Assembly: GCF_964204645.1 (NCBI RefSeq)
Contig: NC_134030.1
Location: 9,823,222-9,887,221 of the forward strand
Reading direction: 5' to 3'
Length of the DNA: 64,000 bases
Origin: Tubulanus polymorphus
Taxonomy: Eukaryota; Animalia; Nemertea
The first letter of the stretch is position 1; each line of letters starts with the position of its first letter. The notes under the pieces were generated by a model. The model was not told where the DNA came from. It did not search any database and saw only the letters and a list, made by a program, of their open reading frames with translations. The position numbers and the translations under genes were made by a program. This document shows, in pieces, positions 52,257 through 64,000 of this stretch.

Positions 52257-55200
52257 TGGTTTGATAAAATGAGGGACGTCTGTACCGGTCAAATAAAGAA
52301 AAACCCTGTCGTAATGTCCGATTATAGCATTGACACACTGCAAGTTGGAATCGACGAATCTCTTTTTGGTAAGAAGAGAAAATACCACAGAGGAACTGGA
52401 AAAAAGATGTATGGGTTTTTGGTTTAGTAGAGAGAGGAACATATAACGTTCATCTGGAAGTTGTCTTAGATCGCCAAAAACAAACTCTGTTACCAATAAT
52501 TAAGAACGTTGTTGTTCCAAATCCAAATGGCAAGTATATTGTCGGACATGTGGAGTTCCTATCACTGTTTGGAGCAAGAAGGCTATCAGCATAGCACTGT
52601 AAACTGTTGTGGGGTTGCTTTCGGTTCTCCAACAATGTTGTGGAGTTGAGTTTCTCAACCAATTGTTGTGGGGGCCACGTTGCGTTCTCCCCTCGTGTTG
52701 TCGTTGTTGGTTCCAATTAATCCGATAAGTGATATCCCTCTGACTCCGGAATAATAACAACTCTTCTCGTGGGTCTACGTTCTTTCTTTATTTCCCCGCA
52801 CAATTCTTATTCCTTCCTACAGCTCGTATTTTTAGGCTTCTCCGCCACTCTAGCATCTCTCTCCCCCTTACTGTGCTGACCCTCCCCTTTTATCTTATTT
52901 CATGTTACTCGTGACGTATACTTCTACATATGTTATACGTCACGAGTTTATTACTTGTTTACTTCCTAGCCATACCAGAGCTCAAGGCTGCCACTATAAC
53001 CAGCAACCTTACGCAGATACTCACGTCACTTTCACCTATCTTCTATTCAGTGTCTTGTGTGCGACGTAAGCATCTACGTAGGTTGTTTACTAACTTCAGC
53101 CACTGCCCTGAACTCTGGCTTCCCTCCCTCTATGCAAACTACTAATTTATCACCCCAATACTATCCTCCTCCCCAGACGATTGGTCCCCAATCGCCAAAA
53201 ATTCGCAAGACCCTATTGTAGTTTCCCAAAAAAAAAAATCTTTTCAAAAGTGAACATCATTTATAAGCAACATCTCTTACAACTTAAAGCCAGCCGCAGG
53301 GTAATGAAAATTACACAAAACCTTCAGAACATCAAGACTAATGATACACAACCACCATTCCGTACATCAATTTACAACACCTGTAAAGTAGCCATAAATC
53401 ACAATTTCTGACCCTTTCCCCTATTATCCCATCCCGCATAACTTCTACCTAAACTAAGCAACACACCCCACTCATCATCAGTTCATCTTATTCATCAACG
53501 AGACCTACATGGACCCCATAGAATTTTACGGTAAGCCAAAAAAATTCCTAAATACTTATAAACTTAACACACGAACTTTATCTAAGGGAAAGCAATCATC
53601 TACAAATATCAAATATGAGACTCTTTTCATCAGTAATATATAACAATTATGAGGCATGTACATCTGTATATTGATCTTACATTTAATGAGAACAAGCCCA
53701 TACAATTGTAGTCATGCAAAAAAAACATATCAAACACAACTTCCCAAATAGCTTTCATAGACAATCACCCATTTCTCTATATCCACATTTATGTAGTCTA
53801 ATAATTTAACAATATATGACCAACCACTTCAACTTTCTGACTCTTCTCGTTCTCGTTGTCTTTACCAAAAAAAAGTAATCAGTGTGTGCAGCCTAATTTG
53901 CCTTTAAAATTACCATTGCAAACACGTCAATTTCCCACTGTCCAAACTATCAGCCGTTACCTTAACCGATATCAGATGATTTGTCAAACCTGTCCCGACC
54001 CCAAACAACGACGTAAATTAATACAGATGCCAGATACATCATTTAGTTGATTATCGTGTGCCCAGCACATGTTGGCAACAGACAGCTTCAACAATTAATG
54101 AATAATTTCATAATAATTCTAAGTGCATTTTATAAAGATGAGCCGAAATTTATGCAAAAATGGATATACTGATCAGATACATCCGAATCGCCGAGATGTC
54201 AGCTGCTAGTCCCCACCCATTGCCTCAGAAAGCACATTTATCCGTAGTCTAGGCAGGGATAACATGAACTGCTATTTGCGGCTTGGAACCGTTGAAATAG
54301 ACAGGCAGGCCGCCATATATTTATGGAAGGATGTCATAAAGTGACCACAAAACTCATTAAGATGCATCACCCAAAAGTTAGGGAAAATTCCTCTGGACAC
54401 TACTCATTCAGTGCCATTCAAACAGCCGATTCTCAAAAATTAACTTTTACTCCTGGGCCTATGGTCTTCCAAACCACCCACATCTGATATTCGAATTGTT
54501 CTAATTCCTTCCCGCAAATCTGGGGATATAACCCCACATGTAAAACGGCTGACGCATCATCCTGTATATAAACCAGTCAAGACGGACTGAAAGTTCGGAA
54601 AAAAACATAGCGAGCACACATCCCTGCTATCTACGACCATTCAGTTAAGATACCCAATCCACCGAATAATACTTATCATACTTATTGTATTACGCAATGA
54701 GCAACCCTTTACTTCTAAAAAACCAATCCCCTGAATGGCCATTTCAGCATACCTAACAAATAGCTGTATCGTGACATTTCTCATTTCCGTATCATCCCCC
54801 ATGTCACGCCTTACCGGAGTAAATAAAATCTATGGATAAATAGGGAACCGGCCGACGAATCACCCATTTGGTATTTCTTGATATTCGACCCTAATAATGC
54901 CCAACATATATATCCAATCTCTCCCCGAGGCCAGCCACTAAACATTATACTGTTTCAAAGGATCTTCAGAATTCATCCTTCGGGCTCTAATCCCCCGTAT
55001 CATTCCGGACCATCCCTAGAGCATCCCTTACTCTTCATCCAGGTCCCTGGTCCACCTTAATTCATCTCATATAAACTACTCTATTCAAACCCCCTCCGGT
55101 AAGATTCACCACTGAGCGCCCAATCTAACCTTTGCACAATAAACATATTCTATACTAACTCGCGATACTCATTATATATCTTAAAACCACATAAACACCA

Positions 55201-56845
55201 AAGTAATTTGTTAGGTATATACAGGCAGTGAGCGCTTTCAACTATCGTTACACTGATAACCAAGTGGCTTACCTAGACTAATAAATCATTCTTTCGCGAA
55301 ATACCATCCAGCAAATTTAGCAAACTATAAAAGATTTACGTAGTGCATATTTATATCTACGTAGATACAATAACCCAGCACACATGCAAAAAACGCTGAG
55401 CATTATTCTATAAAAGCAACCAAAACATGCAGAAATACATATCATATTATTTACAATTACTATAAGCCGCAATCGTAGTCCGTTGAACGTCTCCAAGGTC
55501 GATTTCCCGTAGCAGATCTATGAACTGTCCGATGATGAAATGCGTTTGTATAATGCCTCTAATACTCTACTGTTTTTCATTTATCGCGCTATGATCGCAG
55601 AATCACTTCGTTTCCGAACGCCATTATGTCCGCTAATTCACACGAATCTAAATTCGGAGTCGTAAATCCAATTTGCTGCCATGTAAAACGTAGTGTCCAA
55701 AACACGATCTTACGAAAACGCCACACCAAATCGGATAATTCAATTAATTTAAATATGGAAAGAAACAACTACTTTCCGCACTGGAAGCTCTATAATTCAT
55801 TTCAACTGAATCTGACGATACGAAGATTACATATTTCTCGAATAAGACAAACAAGCAGCTATTAAATCCAGACGGGAATGATTTTTATACACAGATCGAG
55901 TTATCCGCAATATTTCAACTTAACCCGCGGTAGCGGCCCGTATTTCATGTAATTATAACGGTTACGGAACGTAACGTTCATCTTACACTTTTACTTCACC
56001 CCTGTTCACTCACCAAATATTCACGATCGCTTGGCAGCGAGAGGTGCAGGATACACCACTGTTCTCCACCAATGTTGTGGGGTTGCTTTCGGTTCTCCAA
56101 CAATGTTGTGGAGTTGAGTTTCTCAACCAATTGTTGTGGGGGCCACGTTGCGTTCTCCCCTCGTGTTGTCGTTGTTGGTTCCGATTAATCCGATAAGTGA
56201 TATCCCTCTGACTCCGGAATAATAACAACTCTTCTCGTGGGTCTACGTTCTTTCTTTATTTTCCCGCACAATTCTTATTCCTTCCTACAGCTCGTATTTT
56301 TAGGCTTCTCCGCCACTCTCGCATCTCTCTCCCCCTTACTGTGCTGACCCTCCCCTTTTATCTTATTTCATGTTACTCGTGACGTATACTTCTACATATG
56401 TTATACGTCACGAGTTTATTACTTGTTTACTTCCTAGCCATACCAGAGCTCAAGGCTGCCACTATAACCAGCAACCTTACGCAGATACTCATGTCACTTT
56501 CACCTATCTTCTATTCAGAGTCTTGTGTGCGACGTAAGCATCTACGTAGGTTCTTTACTAACTTCAGCCACTGCCCTGAACTCTGGCTTCCCTCCCTCTA
56601 TGCAAACTACTAATTTATCACCCCAATAAAACCATTCAAAAGGGTTCAAAGCACCAGATGGGACACATACTAACTCAGTTGAAGGAATGTGGGGACAAAT
56701 AAAAGGAAGAATCAAAATAATGAAGGAAGTGAGACATGAAAGGATTCCCAAGATATTAGATGAGTTCGCTTATCGATACAGATTTGGAAATGGCTGCAAC
56801 GCTCACATATTTGCAGTAATACTTCGCGATTTAGCCGTAGTTTAG
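52250..56845 (+). mobile_element. Merlin (IS1595/IS1016-like) DDE transposase pseudogene, split by an LTR element (parts 52250-52604 and 56633-56845)
   Basis: IDESLFGKKRKYHRG, (frameshift) WVFGLVERG, ILSDMWSSY, GYQHSTVN | HSKGFKAPDGTHTNSVEGMWGQIK..LDEFAYR. Removing the insert and one AAAC restores TVNHS in frame. Confidence 0.88.
52605..56628 (-). mobile_element. Non-autonomous LTR retroelement (556-bp LTRs at 52605-53160 and 56073-56628)
   Basis: Near-identical direct repeats (about 6 mismatches seen by eye); AAAC TSD (52601-52604, 56629-56632). On the minus strand, PBS TGGTGGAGAA follows the 5' LTR and PPT GGGGGAGGAGGATAG precedes the 3' LTR. No internal ORF exceeds 100 aa. Confidence 0.9.
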
Positions 56846-57738
56846 GCTATAATAGACATAGATTTGTTTCAAATTTCAACATTTTTTTTTTGTTTGAGAG
56901 CAGTGCGCTCTCTATTCCGTTATTCTTAAAGATTGAATGAATGATAATAAAACGAAAGAATAATTTTTGAATCTCTTTTAGGCTTATTTTCAAAAGGCCA
57001 ATGAGTGCACCGGAACTGTCCCACCAGAAACAATTTTAATGGATATGGAGGATAAATCAAGCGTAAACAAATTATTCCAGTAATTTCTTGATTGCTAACG
57101 AATTAATTTATCTTGGTCCCATATGGTCGATGTTAACAGTAAATAATGTTCACAGTAGGCCCTATAGGACAAAAAGCCTTATGTGACATGATGTATTTTT
57201 TATCCACAAAAGGACGACATTCAGGAATTAGATATACCACTCTCACTGTCTGAACTGGAATCAGATCTGTACTCGTCACTTATATTGTGTAAATCGTCTC
57301 GTATATAGTGAAATGCGGAACGAATATTAACGTCAACATTGTCGACCAATAGCACTGGTCGACAGTAATTCGGAACGAATGTCGATGTCGACATTGTCGA
57401 CCAGTAGTACTGGTTGACAGTACCAATAGACCTACCAATAGTAATAGTAAAATAGGTCGCAATTCTTAAATTTTTAAACTCTAACCGCATCACTCAGTTA
57501 TGCAAGCACAGGGACTACAGTCCCCTATATTTCAGTTGATCTGAATGAGGACCGGCGGAAGGAGAAACACATTGGTCCGGCCACTTCTGCCAGTGAGGAG
57601 GTATTTCACTATGCGAACGCCCAAGGCGCGAAGCACTTGTGGGGGATGGGGGTGCTCTTACGGCCAGAGATTTTGATCAAATGACGCAGATTGAACCCCA
57701 TTGTTCCCGATCACGATAACTTTATTCAAAATAGAATA

Positions 57739-60700
57739 CTATTTCTGCAAGAAATTTACATCGTAATCAAACAATATGAAATCGGCTTTGTATTCTTCAT
57801 ACAAATCGTCGATCAATTTTTGAGGAAGGTCTTTGTAATATTTGTTTAACTTTTCCGAGGAATACGTATGAGGGAGTGTGGCCGTTTTTGCCAGTTCCGG
57901 TTCCAGGTGGAAACGATTTTGAACAAGTTTGAAATCATTTTCGATCGTATCTCCGTATTTCCCGATGAAACTGTAATCAATATCGCATGGACGACAAAGC
58001 TTTTCATATGGTGCCCAATGTTTATCATTATAACTATGAAGAAGGATGAACTCAGCGAATTCTTTAAAGGTTGCTCTGTCTCCAGGTTTGAAATGATTTC
58101 GGACTGACCGAATAATCATTGGCTCAAGTTTTGCGTATCCTTTATCGTATTTACGCACAACTTTATCCAAATACGCAGATAACAGTCTCTCAAAAGGATG
58201 TCGTACGAACAGAAATTTGAAGTAGGTTTTTAAACGCTCGGTTTTTTCATCTTGAGAATAACTCGATAGTGACCTGATTAATCCCAATGATTTGACGTAG
58301 ATACTTAGTTTCGTGCCAAGGTCATTTATGAGGGATAGGTTTGTCGTGCGAAGTTTTCCGGTCGTGTGTAGTAAAGTGTATCTCCATATCGACGTGCCCA
58401 CTTTGGGAATTTCGCAATAAAGGATCTTGTGTACGTCATCGACCGTAAATCTCTTGTACGTGTACATGTATGGACCTAGAAAAGATAGCGAGATTTGTTT
58501 CGAAATATAACACCCGAGACCTCATGACACGATAGCTGAGAGCCCCAGACCACAAACATGTCCCATCCGACGTATGTGTATTTTCATACCTGTCGATTTA
58601 TTGGTAAGTTTCTCACATCCTAATTTTATATGAGTGAGTCTCTGATGATAGGTAGTATCCCAATCGCGGATTGGCGGACGATTTCTATCATTCTGTGCCT
58701 GAAATAAACATGTACGTAATATAGATTTTACCAATCGATCGAATCAATCGACTTTCATTGTTGATTTCTAGTGTCGCATTCAAGTCGACTGCTGCGGTAT
58801 CTTACAAAAAAAGAGAAGTCGGACGTACTGGCCTTCGCATTATGAACACTACATATTTATCTAAAACCTCGACTGTACCGCAGACTTGGCATTCCAGTGC
58901 TCCGTAGTTTCGGAAGATTGACAATATTGACAAATGCTCATCGGGTCTATTCCAGTAAAATTACGAGACAATAAAATCGCACAGCAATGAAATGATTTTG
59001 GATTTTGGTGGAATTGTAAAATTCCAACTGAAATGCTGTTGTATTTAAGTGGCTGCATTGTCGAAAAATAACTAGAAAATTTGTATGCAAAGCATAACTG
59101 ATTGTAGGCTTGTAGAAAATATGGATCTAGATACGAATTTTGGAAATGATAAGTTCAAGCATAATTGAGATACGGGCGAGCGCAACGAAGACTGATCTGA
59201 TGGGGCATCAATCGAGTCTTATTTGATAAAAACTAATTTTAGTGATGATATCAGCGTGTAACAGAAATACATACGTTTTCACCCGATCGGAATATGAACT
59301 TATTCAATTTTATTGATTGCTATTTCATATATGGTAGAGGGTACACACGTTTTTACGGAGATGGCTGCATCTGTATTTCATAGTAGATAACGCCGATTAA
59401 AATGTGTTTTTCTTTTTCGCAGGTGTCACCCTGTGTTTTATGCCTTTACTAGGTCGACTGTATGGTAATATAGATTTCCGTGCGGTACTTGGCCTACTTA
59501 TTGAAAATTTGGAAAATTGTGTTGATTTGAATAACATTGGTATTCTACTATATGTTTTCCGGTCTTTGTTTTGAATAACTTAATTCTCCTTTCAAATTTT
59601 CGATCACTCTCTCAGTCCCATTGTTTGATTCTCGTTTGAATATACGTGTATATGCAGTTATATCATTCGCTATTCAGCACGCCTGATGATGGTTAGTCTT
59701 AAGCCGTAACTCTGCTCGAAATATTCATTTTTCACCATGTCACCTCCGGGGCTCCGTATTCTTGAATAGAATTGTATGATTATATATTCTATTTTATTTA
59801 TTTATCCATCATCATAGTCAATGTCTTTCATGGTGGATATATCCACGTACAAAAGAATATAATGTACATGTAAAACACCGATATCAGAAAATATAATGTC
59901 ACAGACAGTACAAGTAGGTTTTTCAGACATAATATCGAAAGAATCTATATTTTTGATTTAAGTTTAGTAACTTCATTTGAAAAACATTTCATACAACCCT
60001 GGAGTTTAGAAGTTCTTAATGAAAGGAGTTCAATAAATCTAAAAACACTAAGCCTTTTCCAGTAAAATCTTGGTATGTTTCTTCCTAATAGAGCTGAAAA
60101 AAGGACAGATCATTGTATGATGATATTCATCTTCGATTTCTCGCAAGTTACAGTGTTCGCAATCTTTTATTCTTTGGTATGGGGAGGTTCGTCCATCTCT
60201 AATACCTCTTTTAAGTCATATGTTGAAGTTCCAATTCGGCAGAGCGATTCAACAGCATATGAGGAACAGTTTTCTGAATAGTTTTCTGGACCAAATGACA
60301 ACTTTGTATGTTTATAGTAGTAACATTTTGAAGAATTCTCTAAATAAGACTGCCAGGATTGTATGAAATTGTCACGAAGTGTACTTTCTATAGATTTAAT
60401 AAAAAGGTTCTCATTGGATACTTCTATACTAATGTATGCCAGACGTAACTAAAGCCTAAATGGTCTAACAAGGATTTCAGATAGAAAGTTTCTTTGTCTA
60501 TGATCCGTTTCAAGGTCTTGATTCATGATAGCCAAGGAAAATTTATGAGAACTACTGCCAATGTTAATAAAACATTAAGCTTTCAATTCAGTGACATCAT
60601 ACATTTTTCATGGGCTTAAAACAATTAAAATCGCTATTAATGAATTCAGAAAAGTGATTAATTTTAAGTTCATTTCATTACATATAATGAATATATCAAG

Positions 60701-62765
60701 AACTGTCATGAAAGAACTCATATGCAAGTGGTCAATGAATAAACTTACTAGGGATGAACTTAAACTTAATAAAATATATAAGTTAATAATTCAAGACATC
60801 TAAGTAAGCTCAAAGGGAACAGATTGTCTTAAATCATCAAACGTAAATACATCGAAATTGTGAGGTAATTTTATTGCAAACTGGTGCAGTGTCTGATAAC
60901 ATCAAAGTCAGATATGATCATCGTAAATTTACCTAAACTAATTCCGGAATTGGTCTAATAATCTCAAAAAGTGACATGCCAAAACATCGGAAAACGTCAA
61001 TGCATTTGATTTCATGTAGTTAATAAAATGACAGTCAGTTTTCCATTTGTTCTTCCTTGGCCTTTTTATTTCGTGGCCATTTTTTCCTTGGTCATTTTTT
61101 CCTAGGCAAATACCTTGGCCATTCTTTCCTTGGCCATTTTTTCCGTCCACCATGCAGGTTTCATGAGATTAGCAATTTATAATAGCATAGCCGTCATATA
61201 CGGCTCCGCGTCCTCTGATGGCATGTGTATTAGGTGACAATTCAATTCAATTCTTTGTTGATCCTTATTACATATAAAATTCCGGGATAAAATTCCCTAA
61301 TTCAATAAAGTTACAAATTGAAGAATAAGAAAATACAACATACAAGACACACGCGTGATTCATACAGAATAACATAATGAACATAACATAACATACAGAA
61401 TAACATCTACATCGGAGAAACTGGACAAACATTACGTCAACGCTTGAACGGTCACAAATTTGATATCAGACACAAGAAAATGGATAAACCTATCGGCGAA
61501 CATTTCGATCTTCCGAACCACACCATCAGTAACCTTAAAGTGACCGCGTTACATAAAATGAACACTTCTAATAAACATTTGTGCAAAATCATGGAACAAA
61601 AACTTACTCAACGCGGTGATACTGTTAATCTTGGCCTCAATCGCGATCTAGGATTCAATTTCGTTTGTTATTCGTTGTATCTGGACTTATCTCGGACTTC
61701 TATTTCTTGTTATTCGTTGCTCTTAGATACCATCTGTTAATTTTACTTTAATTTAGTTTCATTTTGATTTATTTCTCTTTGATTTGTTTCAGTTTGTTGT
61801 TCCTTAATTAATTAATTATCTACTCACTCACTTAGTTATTAATTATCATGTCATTAATCATAGCTGTCTCCGCAGGATCCTTCACATAAGATGGCAAGAC
61901 AAAATTCCCAATACTGATGTCCTTGTCACAGCAGGTCTCCCAAGCATCGACACCCTGCTTCAGAAGGCACAAGTCCGGTGGGCTGGACACATAGTGCGCA
62001 TGCCTGACAGCCGCATCCCAAAGCAACTTCTGTTCGGTGAACTTGCCTCCGGCAAAAGATCAACAGGTGGCCAGAAGAAACGCTACAAGGACACTCTAAA
62101 AATGTCCCTTGGTGCATTTGGCATTGATCCCAAAACCTGGGAAAATTCTGCCTCTGACAGAGCCAGCTTCAAAAGCTTGACCCGCACACAGTGGGCTTCA
62201 AAAATCTATCCAAACACATTGGATCGCTAAAAATTTGGTCCAAACACATTGGACGCCCGCACACAGTGGGCTTCAAAAATCTATCCAAACACATTGGATC
62301 TGACCACACACAGTATCCTAATTGTAGTTCTCTTTGAAATTTGGTAAAGCGCTTTAAAGCCTTCGGGAATGAGGCTCTGTATAGATGAATGCCGCGTCTG
62401 TCATTTGTGCATAAACATTTCAAGTTAGTTGAGTCGTTTTCGTTTAGTAAAGAAATTTGTTAGCAAAACCAGAGTACTCTAATTGTACATTCAATCGTGA
62501 TTATTCAGTTTATGTCTCGTAAATCCGCGTACCTGAGATCATTTCATATGCTTTTTGCGTTTACCACAAAAAGAACATTTTCGATGTTTATTCTGTGTTT
62601 GGTATGTCGGAATAAACTCAAGTTTTTTTTTATTTTCGAGATTAAACAATCTATAATTACCTTTATTTTTAGACTTGAATCGCTTAGGCCTATATTTCGA
62701 AACAGATGAATAATGACTATTATCCCTACTACTGGAACTGCAAACAACCACACTTTGCGCAACAT
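57739..62765 (-). CDS. Carbohydrate sulfotransferase (CHST11/CHST8-14-like), copy B, 316 aa; exons 62765-62661, 58698-58590, 58475-57739
   Basis: Same PAPS-binding motifs as copy A, and the catalytic exon has the same length (737 nt). Exon 2 is AQNDRNRPPIRDWDTTYHQRLTHIKLGC..G|GTATGA. Exon 1 is the TM anchor MLRKVWLFAVPVVGIIVIIHLF. Phases are consistent. Confidence 0.88.
61405..61660 (+). mobile_element. Penelope-like element GIY-YIG endonuclease fragment
   Basis: IYIGETGQTLRQRLNGHKFDI...EHFDLPNH...EQ...GLNRD; lies inside intron 1 of sulfotransferase B. Confidence 0.8.
61863..62180 (+). mobile_element. RTE-clade LINE C-terminal fragment
   Basis: LRRILHIRWQDKIPNT..RWAGHIVRMPDSRIPKQLLFGEL..GKRSTGGQKKRYKDTLK. 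Confidence 0.85.
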
Positions 62766-62957
62766 TATCTTAAAATGAATTGAACATTGTAATGCAGAAA
62801 GCAGACCACGTTGATTGATTAAGTCAGTAGGGAAAATATACCACCACAGCTGTTACTATAGTGTATGTATAGATCGAATAAAAAAACAAATGTTCATCTT
62901 AAGGTCAATTTTGAGACATTGCATCCATTAAGGCCCCTGTTTACAATACCTTCGTAT

Positions 62958-63305
62958 TCGTTGGTTGGTTGGTTGGTTGGTTCGTTAGTTGGTCGGTCGG
63001 TCGGTTGGTTGGTCGGTTGGTTGGTCGGTTGGTCGGTCGGTCGGTCGGTCGGTTGGTCGGTCGGTCGGTTGGTCGGTCGGTTGGTCGATCGGTTGGTTGG
63101 TCTGTTGGTCGGTTGGATGGTTCGTTAGTTGGTTGGTTGGTTGGTTGGTTGGTTGGTTGGTTGGTTGGTTGGTTGGTTGGTTGGTTGGTTGGTTGGTTGG
63201 TTGGTTGGTTGGTTGGTTGGTTGGTTGGTTGGTTGGTTGGTTGGTTGGTTGGTTGGTTGGTTGGTTGGTTGGTTGGTTGGTTGGTTGGTTGGTTGGTTGG
63301 TTGGT
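62958..63305. repeat. Compound (GGTC)/(GGTT)n microsatellite
   Basis: Seen directly; occupies the position paralogous to 17773-18040. Confidence 0.97.
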
Positions 63306-64000
63306 CTAGCGGAGAACCCGTGGAAGCCACGGGCGTTTCTTAAACGTACAGTGGAACCTCGTTCGATAAATAATATGAGTACTTCGGCCAATAGAAAATC
63401 ATTCGTATTCACGAAAATTCGTAACATGCAACCCGGTATCAAATTTCCCGCCAATACCTGCCTATCGAATCGTTGTACGCCCCCATGTTCTCTGTTTGAC
63501 GTTACGTTTGACAATCACACGTGGGGCGTTTTTGGCCCAGAACAACTGTTCACACGGGTGCCAAATGGGCCCGTACCTGTTTGGACCGACCAAAGACGTC
63601 GAACCAGGCCCGAATCAAATTTTGCACGGACCAAAGCATTGCGTGCGGCAACTTGTTCCGGAAATGATCCACTTGGCTTTGTTTGAGCATCGTTTAGTAT
63701 CGTGTGGGTGGTCTACGTGTGAACACACTCTCTAATTAGGCACGGGCGAAATCTTACTCGGGCCTGATCTGTCGCAATTTGGACCAGGCCGAATCGTCTC
63801 CGTGTGATCGCGGCTTATCTGTACACGATTCTGAAAATAAAGCCATCAAAATAAAACTTTTTATAATTCATTGATTTCTTGATCAATTAAAACCTTGACG
63901 CGATATCAGATAATGTATTTGTTATACTACACTACTACGACCGATACAGGTGATCGACTAGATCAGCAATTGTATTAACCTCATTGATTTACTTAGGAAA

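Noticed and set aside
52233-52427. Bacterial IS contamination or recent HGT
   Set aside because: The IS1595-like motifs are explained by the eukaryotic Merlin superfamily, and the element is interrupted by a eukaryotic LTR element.
52930-53145. Signal-peptide-like 71-aa ORF present twice (also 56398-56613)
   Set aside because: Lies inside the LTRs on the antisense strand, so the duplication reflects the LTRs; no coding evidence.

Overview
AT-rich, intron-containing animal genomic DNA, most likely from a marine invertebrate. The gene families suggest a lophotrochozoan, but the species cannot be determined from the sequence. Gene models built by hand from splice sites and phase: (1) a 3-exon, 91-aa secreted prepropeptide with a CX3C-X5-CX3C peptide between KR sites (6650-7690, +); (2) two paralogous 3-exon Golgi carbohydrate sulfotransferases of the CHST8-14/HNK-1ST family (18152-20950 and 57739-62765, -), plus an orphan first exon (17351-17449); (3) three intronless class-A peptide-receptor-like GPCRs (paralog pair 25251-26333 and 33263-34345, +; 36430-37380, -); (4) a 9-exon DEG/ENaC channel (40371-47329, +) of about 910 aa. 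The channel has about 440 extra, mostly helical residues inserted in the knuckle subdomain and is followed by a 36 x 50-bp hairpin minisatellite, probably in its 3'UTR. The rest is mobile DNA: degraded LINEs, a DIRS1 right end, a Merlin transposase split by a young non-coding LTR element (tRNA-Ala PBS, PPT, 4-bp TSD), Penelope and RTE fragments, and many MITEs. The most novel candidates are the knuckle-expanded DEG/ENaC and the Cys-hairpin peptide precursor.
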